Positions 59,048 to 64,000 of a stretch of DNA of 64,000 nt are shown one piece after another. Positions within the stretch are counted from its first letter, which is position 1. Every line of letters begins with the position of its first letter. The stretch lies in assembly GCA_035193785.1 (NCBI GenBank), contig CP136572.1, positions 3,252,578 through 3,316,577 on the forward strand, given 5' to 3'. The notes under the pieces were generated by a model. That model was not told where the DNA came from. It made no database searches and was given only the letters and a program-made list of their open reading frames with translations. Both the position numbers and the translations under genes were made by a program. The stretch is from Planktothrix sp. GU0601_MAG3 (GTDB taxonomy: Bacteria > Cyanobacteriota > Cyanobacteriia > Cyanobacteriales > Microcoleaceae).

Positions 59048-59189
59048 GATCCCCCCTAACCCCCCTTAAAAAGGGGGGAAATGGATTTTCAAAGTCCCCC
59101 TTTATTAAGGAAATGGATTTTCAAAGTCCCCCTTTATTAAGGAAATGGATTTTCAAAGTCCCCCTTTTTAAGGGGGATTTAGGGGGATC
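59048..59189. repeat. MITE-like element with terminal inverted repeats and an internal triplicated unit of about 32 bp
   Basis: gatcccccctaaccccccttaaaaagggggg ... ccccctttttaagggggatttagggggatc; ggaaatggattttcaaagtccccc x3. Confidence 0.75.
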
Positions 59190-59287
59190 AAATATAGGAG
59201 AAAAACAGGGGTTTTAGGCGGTCGTTGACGTCAATTGATCAAACCCCTATCTCCACACCCATCTATATTCCTATCTCCCTAATTATT

Positions 59288-60881
59288 ATGCCAAAGTTTA
59301 GTCGTTCCAATTCTCCATCGAGATCTGCTAAAAAACCATCGAGTCGCTCTAAGTTTAATTCTAAATCTGGAGAACGAGATAACAGCAAACCGTCTCGATT
59401 CTCCGATGACCGAAAACCGTCTCGATTCTCCGATGACCGAAAACCGTCTCGATTCTCCGATGACAGCAAACCGTCTCGATTCTCCGATGACCGAAAACCG
59501 TCTCGATTCTCCGATGACCGAAAACCGTCTCGATTCTCCGATGACAGCAAACCGTCTCGATTCTCCGATGACCGAAAACCGTCTCGATTCTCCGATGACC
59601 GAAAACCGTCTCGATTCTCCGATGACCGAAAACCGTCTCGATTCTCCGATGACAGCAAACCGTCTCGATTCTCCGATGACCGAAAACCGTCTCGATTCTC
59701 CGATGACCGAAAACCGTCTCGATTCTCCGATGACCGAAAACCGTCTCGATTTGCCGATGACCGAAAACCGTCTCGATTCTCCGATGACCGAAAACCGTCT
59801 CGATTTGCCGATGACCGAAAACCGTCTCGATTTGCCGATGACCGAAAACCGTCTCGATTTGCCGATGACAGAAAATCCTACCGATTTTCCGATGAGCAAT
59901 CCGACAACTATAATAAATTTTCAGACGAAAGAAAACAATCTTTTTCTCCTGCTCAGCCAGAAGAAAGAACAAGAGAAAAACCGAGCCGATTCTCGGATCA
60001 ACACCAACCCAGACAACATCAAAATTCTTTACCTTATACTCAAAAAAGTCAACGAATTATTGAAGATGTCAAGCCAGAATTTGTTGATGAATATATCGAA
60101 TCCTTAGATGTTGAAAATGAGTTAATTTATGGACGACGGACAGTTTCAAGCTGCCTTAGAAAATGAGCGAGAGCTAAGTCGAATTTGGGTTGTTTCCCAA
60201 CTGAAATCCGATCCCAGATTTTACAAGTTATTGCAAGAAGCAAAAGCTAACGGTGCGATTCTTGATGAAGTTACCTATCAACGCTTAGATCAACTCACCC
60301 AGGGCGCGAATCATCAAGGTGTGGCGGCTCAAATTTCTCCCTATACTTATAAGGATCTGAGTGAGTTAATCGAAACTGCTCAAGCAGCCAATTCTCAGCC
60401 CGTAATTCTTGTTGCCGATGGGATTCATGATCCTCACAATTTAGGTGCTATCATTCGGACAGCAGAAGCCATTGGAGCGCAGGGTCTGATCATACCCCAA
60501 CGTCGGGCTGTAGGTATTACCTCAACGGTGATGAAAGTTGCCGCTGGTGCATTGGAAACTTTCCCCGTCGCCAGGGTTGTTAATCTGAGTCGGGCTTTAG
60601 AAGACCTGAAAGCCGCTGGATTTTGGATTTATGGCACTTCATCCACTGCCCAAAAACCCTTACCAACTGTGGCGTTTAATGGTGCGATCGCCCTAGTTGT
60701 TGGGAATGAAGGAGAAGGTTTAAGTCATTTAATTGAACAAAACTGTGATGTTTTAGTTTCAATTCCCCTATCAGGAGAAACCGCTAGTTTAAATGTTTCC
60801 GTAGCAACGGGAATGGCGCTGTATGAAATTTATCGTCAAAGACAATTTCCCGCACCTGATTTGAGTCAAGAAAAAGTATAA
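59288..60881 (+). CDS. rlmB: 23S rRNA (Gm2251) methyltransferase RlmB/TrmH family with long repetitive N-terminal extension; apparent frameshift at 60143-60147
   Basis: [27 protein letters not shown] and SLNVSVA motifs. Confidence 0.9.
59384..59869 (+). repeat. 18 x 27-bp coding tandem repeat ((R/S)KPSRF(S/A)DD)
   Basis: cgaaaaccgtctcgattctccgatgac with agc and tttgcc variants. Confidence 0.97.
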
Positions 60882-60977
60882 ACCGATGCTTTAGGGTTGT
60901 AATTGTTCAGATAAACTATTCAATAACAACCCTAGGGATTCCGTTTATTGAAAAAATCAGGATCATTGATAGTGAAT

Positions 60978-61202
60978 ATGAAAGAACTTCTGATTAGCCT
61001 GCTCGACGTTTTTGGATTTGCTTTCTGGGTAGAAATTCTGACAGAAACTCCCAACTGTACCTACTATTTCGGGCCATTTATTAGTAAACAAGAGGCTGAA
61101 ACTTCTCAATTTGGTTATCTCGAAGACCTGGAAGCAGAGGACGCAAAAGGAATTAAAGTTAAAATTAAACGGTTTAAACCCAATATCCTAACCATTGCCT
61201 AA
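60978..61202 (+). CDS. DUF1816 family protein
   Basis: WVEI.T..P.CTYYFGPF and GYLEDL motifs. Confidence 0.85.
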   Translation: MKELLISLLDVFGFAFWVEILTETPNCTYYFGPFISKQEAETSQFGYLEDLEAEDAKGIKVKIKRFKPNILTIA

Positions 61203-61228
61203 ATAATAATACAGTTTGTTATTGCGCT

Positions 61229-62060
61229 TTAGCTATCCAAGTAGGGGTGATCGTCTAACAACAATTGAGCTATCCAACTATCAATATCTGTAAGTACCGT
61301 TTGAGGAATTTCCCAAGGGAATAAATGGGCGGTATTAGGATAACAATAAAACTGGGAATTGGGTAATAATTGCGCTGTTTCTTGACTGGATGTGGCGGTA
61401 ATATGGCGATCGCATTCTCCCGCTAAAACTAAAGTCGGACAATCAATTTTTTGTAGGTATTCTAAGCGATTATAACCTAACCTCAAGGCTTGATTTAAGG
61501 CTTGAGTTGCAAATCCAGAAGTTTGCATAAAAGCTGGAATTGCTTCCTTTGCTAAATAGTGGTAAGCGCTAGAATTATGTTGTTGAATTAAATAGCGAAA
61601 TAGCGATCGCTTTCCCAAGGTTTCAATATTCCATCGCCAACAGGGAAATACCCAATTAATTATTCCAGCTAAACCCGTATAAACATAATCTAAATTAGAA
61701 ATTGCAGGATGATTTCCCCTGGGTTTTGCCGCCGAAGCAATTAAGATTAAACCCTTAACTTTTTCAGGAAATTTCAAGGCTAATTCAAGGGCTAAAATTC
61801 CCCCTAATGACCATCCTAAAATCAGACATTGATCAATATTAAACTCTTGGAAAAGTGTTTCTAAATCCTGTAAATGATCGCCCATTTCAAACCCTTGACG
61901 GGTGCGACTGTTTCCATACCCTCTTAAGTCCGGTGCGAGGGTGAGATACCGTTGCGAAAGATGGTTAGTAAAAACGGACATACACTGACCCGAAACCCGG
62001 ATGTCCATGTAAACAAATAATCGGTAATCCTTGACCTTGAATTTTGGTATTTAATCGCAA
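61229..62060 (-). CDS. Alpha/beta hydrolase; apparent frameshift at 61992-61996
   Basis: CLHGHPGSG, PDLRGYG, GWSLGG and AHLFPWE motifs. Confidence 0.87.
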
Positions 62061-62104
62061 TTGTTAACCTCGTGAATTTATATTAAATCGTTAAATTAGT
62101 GTTA

Positions 62105-62157
62105 CAGGGAATAGGGAACAGGGAATTACGAATTACGAATTACGAATTACGAATAGG
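62105..62157. repeat. Heptamer tandem repeat (gggaaYa, then acgaatt), STRR-like
   Basis: Directly visible. Confidence 0.8.
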
Positions 62158-62214
62158 GTAAACCAGAGGTATACAATCTTAGTTATCACTTAACTTCTAT
62201 AATAACTCTTAAAT

Positions 62215-62292
62215 TGATAACTGATGACTGATTACTGATGACGGATGGAGACGCGCCATGGTACGTCTCTACGCTGATGACTGATAACTGAT
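62215..62292. repeat. Heptamer repeats (tgatRac) interrupted by the palindrome gagacgcgccatggtacgtctc
   Basis: A related palindrome lies at about 55731-55758. Confidence 0.7.
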
Positions 62293-63602
62293 TAAAGCTG
62301 TCCATTTTCAACAATATATTCAGCTATTTTATGGATGCTCTTGCTAATTTGGGGAACATTAGCCGTATTATTATCAATAGCAGTAATAATATATTTTTCC
62401 CCATTAATTTGAGCCGCAACTGTTGTTCCAATTACCCGGGAATTTTGACCAGTTTTTTCTCCTAACCATTGGGTTTTAGGTAATCCTTGTAAACCCGCAT
62501 AACCAATTACCCGATCATATTGACGATTTAAGGCATCAATTAATACCTGGGATGAGGGGTGTTCATAATTATAAACTTGCACCATCATTTCTGTCAGTTC
62601 ATTACTGGTTAATCGGTTTCTTCCGGTTCCTGGTCGCCAAGGCATAATCCGATCTCCCATTAATTTAAAATTAACTTTGGTGAATTTATAGCCTTGGGAT
62701 TCTAAATATTTATTAATATAATCAGAACCCAAATAATCAATTAATTGATTTGTCGCAATATTGCTACTGTGATCAATCATTTGTCCCATTAAGTCTTTTA
62801 AAGAGTAGGATTGACGAGCTTGAATAGATGAAGCATCTTCGGTAAAGTTTCCTCTGACTACCATAACTTTTTGCTCTAAACTAATTTTTTCCTCCCCTGT
62901 TTTATGTAAAAGTGCGATCGCCACGGGAACTTTAATTAAACTAGCGGGACTCGCTGGGGGTTGGTTTCCTCGTAAATTAACACAATCTCGTTTTAGGGTA
63001 CAAACTGTTAACATTGCTTGACGAGTTAAGCCACTTTCTTGACGAATTTGTTCTAATATTTTTGAGCGAGCGTCTAACAATTCATCGGTAATTTCTGATA
63101 AGCTGAATTTGTATTCTTTAATTTTGTTAGAAGTTTGACGGGTTAATAAAGAATGGGGGGAAATTTCCTCTAAATTATTAATTGCTTTTTCCCAAAGTTC
63201 TTGGACTTGTTTTCGCTGTTGGGGAGAAGGATCATCGGGATTAGCAATTTTTTGCGCTTGATTTGCTAAACGGATAGCTTGTTGCCAGTTATCCTCGGCT
63301 CGTTCTTCTACTAACATTTGAATCTCAACGGTTTTTAACTTTTGTAATAAAATTTCATTGGGTTCAAATTTTAGGGGGTCGGTAAATAAAGAGTTGAAAA
63401 AATTGGGTTCGGGTTTATTTTTTGGAGGAGTTTCTAACTCTTGAATTAAGCGATCGCGCAGGTTAATTAACTCTTTTAAAGAACTCGCTCCATATAATTC
63501 TGAAGCCGTCCCCAGGGAAGGAAGTGTCTGAGTCAGTTCCAAACCCAAGATCATTGCCATAGTACCTGTTACCGTTGTAGCCCAACGCCACACTTGACGC
63601 AT
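62292..63602 (-). CDS. Class A beta-lactamase-like/PBP serine hydrolase with helical N-terminal extension
   Basis: PASLIK (SxxK), SSN and KTG motifs; signal-like N-terminus. Confidence 0.85.
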   Translation of the reverse strand: MRQVWRWATTVTGTMAMILGLELTQTLPSLGTASELYGASSLKELINLRDRLIQELETPPKNKPEPNFFNSLFTDPLKFEPNEILLQKLKTVEIQMLVEERAEDNWQQAIRLANQAQKIANPDDPSPQQRKQVQELWEKAINNLEEISPHSLLTRQTSNKIKEYKFSLSEITDELLDARSKILEQIRQESGLTRQAMLTVCTLKRDCVNLRGNQPPASPASLIKVPVAIALLHKTGEEKISLEQKVMVVRGNFTEDASSIQARQSYSLKDLMGQMIDHSSNIATNQLIDYLGSDYINKYLESQGYKFTKVNFKLMGDRIMPWRPGTGRNRLTSNELTEMMVQVYNYEHPSSQVLIDALNRQYDRVIGYAGLQGLPKTQWLGEKTGQNSRVIGTTVAAQINGEKYIITAIDNNTANVPQISKSIHKIAEYIVENGQL

Positions 63603-63608
63603 CCTTAA

Positions 63609-63619
63609 ACTCCTCACAC
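63609..63619 (-). promoter_or_regulatory. Predicted Yfr1 sRNA target site over the RBS
   Basis: mRNA GUGUGAGGAGU at -17..-7 is the exact complement of the Yfr1 motif ACUCCUCACAC. Confidence 0.6.
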
Positions 63620-63679
63620 ACAAGTTCCATCAGTTTATCAAAAATGGGAGCAAGAAGACCTGCATCATTAGAAAATCAG

Positions 63680-64000
63680 TTATTTTTTTTGTTTTCCTAT
63701 CACTTTTTTAACTAATATTGGAATTTCCGAGGGCTGTTTAGCCACAAGAACTTCAGCATTTTTAAAAGCAGAAACTTTGCTTTCAACGGTTCCGGGATCA
63801 ACCATATTCTTAACAACTTTTGAAGTCATTAATAGACTAGCATGACCCAAAAGTTTAGTAGTCGGAGCGTGTAACCCGGCAACATAAGCAATAACGGGTG
63901 TATCAATGGATTCCGCAATATAAGAAGCCGCTTCTTCCTCGCTAGTTTCCCCCCATTTCTCCCACTAAAACAATAACATCCGTATTTTCATCTTCATCCA
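63680..64000 (-). CDS. sucD: Succinyl-CoA synthetase alpha subunit-like, 3' part; apparent frameshift at 63945-63949
   Basis: DENTDVIVLVGEMGGTSEEEAA...PVIAYVAG..AP...LGHA. Confidence 0.8.

Noticed and set aside
59263..60107. Four alternative-frame ORFs over the 27-bp repeat, or a CRISPR array
   Set aside because: The frames are open only because the unit lacks stops, and there are no spacers.
63609..63619. Yfr1 gene itself
   Set aside because: No flanking stem-loops or terminator, and it overlaps the RBS of the opposite-strand gene, so it is read as a target site.

Overview
Chromosomal window from a filamentous cyanobacterium, Oscillatoriales/Planktothrix-like by inference: it has dozens of HIP1 GCGATCGC octamers, heptamer tandem repeats, REP-like palindromes and typical cyanobacterial gene orders. 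It holds about 55 mostly housekeeping and accessory genes (cheA-like, folK, phrA, gpsA, cysK, groEL2 with CIRCE, miaB, comEC, pdhA, queD, nucA, carA, mrnC, rlmB, partial sucD), tRNA-Ser(CGA), three toxin-antitoxin-like pairs and a Sia-like partner-switching cluster. The strongest signal is that about 30 genes are split by frameshifts, and 34 of the 35 breaks I traced are repaired by deleting one base from GAAAC/GTTTC to give GAAC/GTTC. GAAC/GTTC is the classic Dnd DNA-phosphorothioation motif, so the assembly may record a DNA modification as systematic base-calling errors (inference). Split genes are therefore reported as single CDSs. Other leads: a HEPN gene with an uncharacterised partner, a perfect Yfr1 sRNA target site, a candidate sRNA, an 18x27-bp repeat in rlmB, a possible AUU start codon and an unannotated 55-aa membrane protein.
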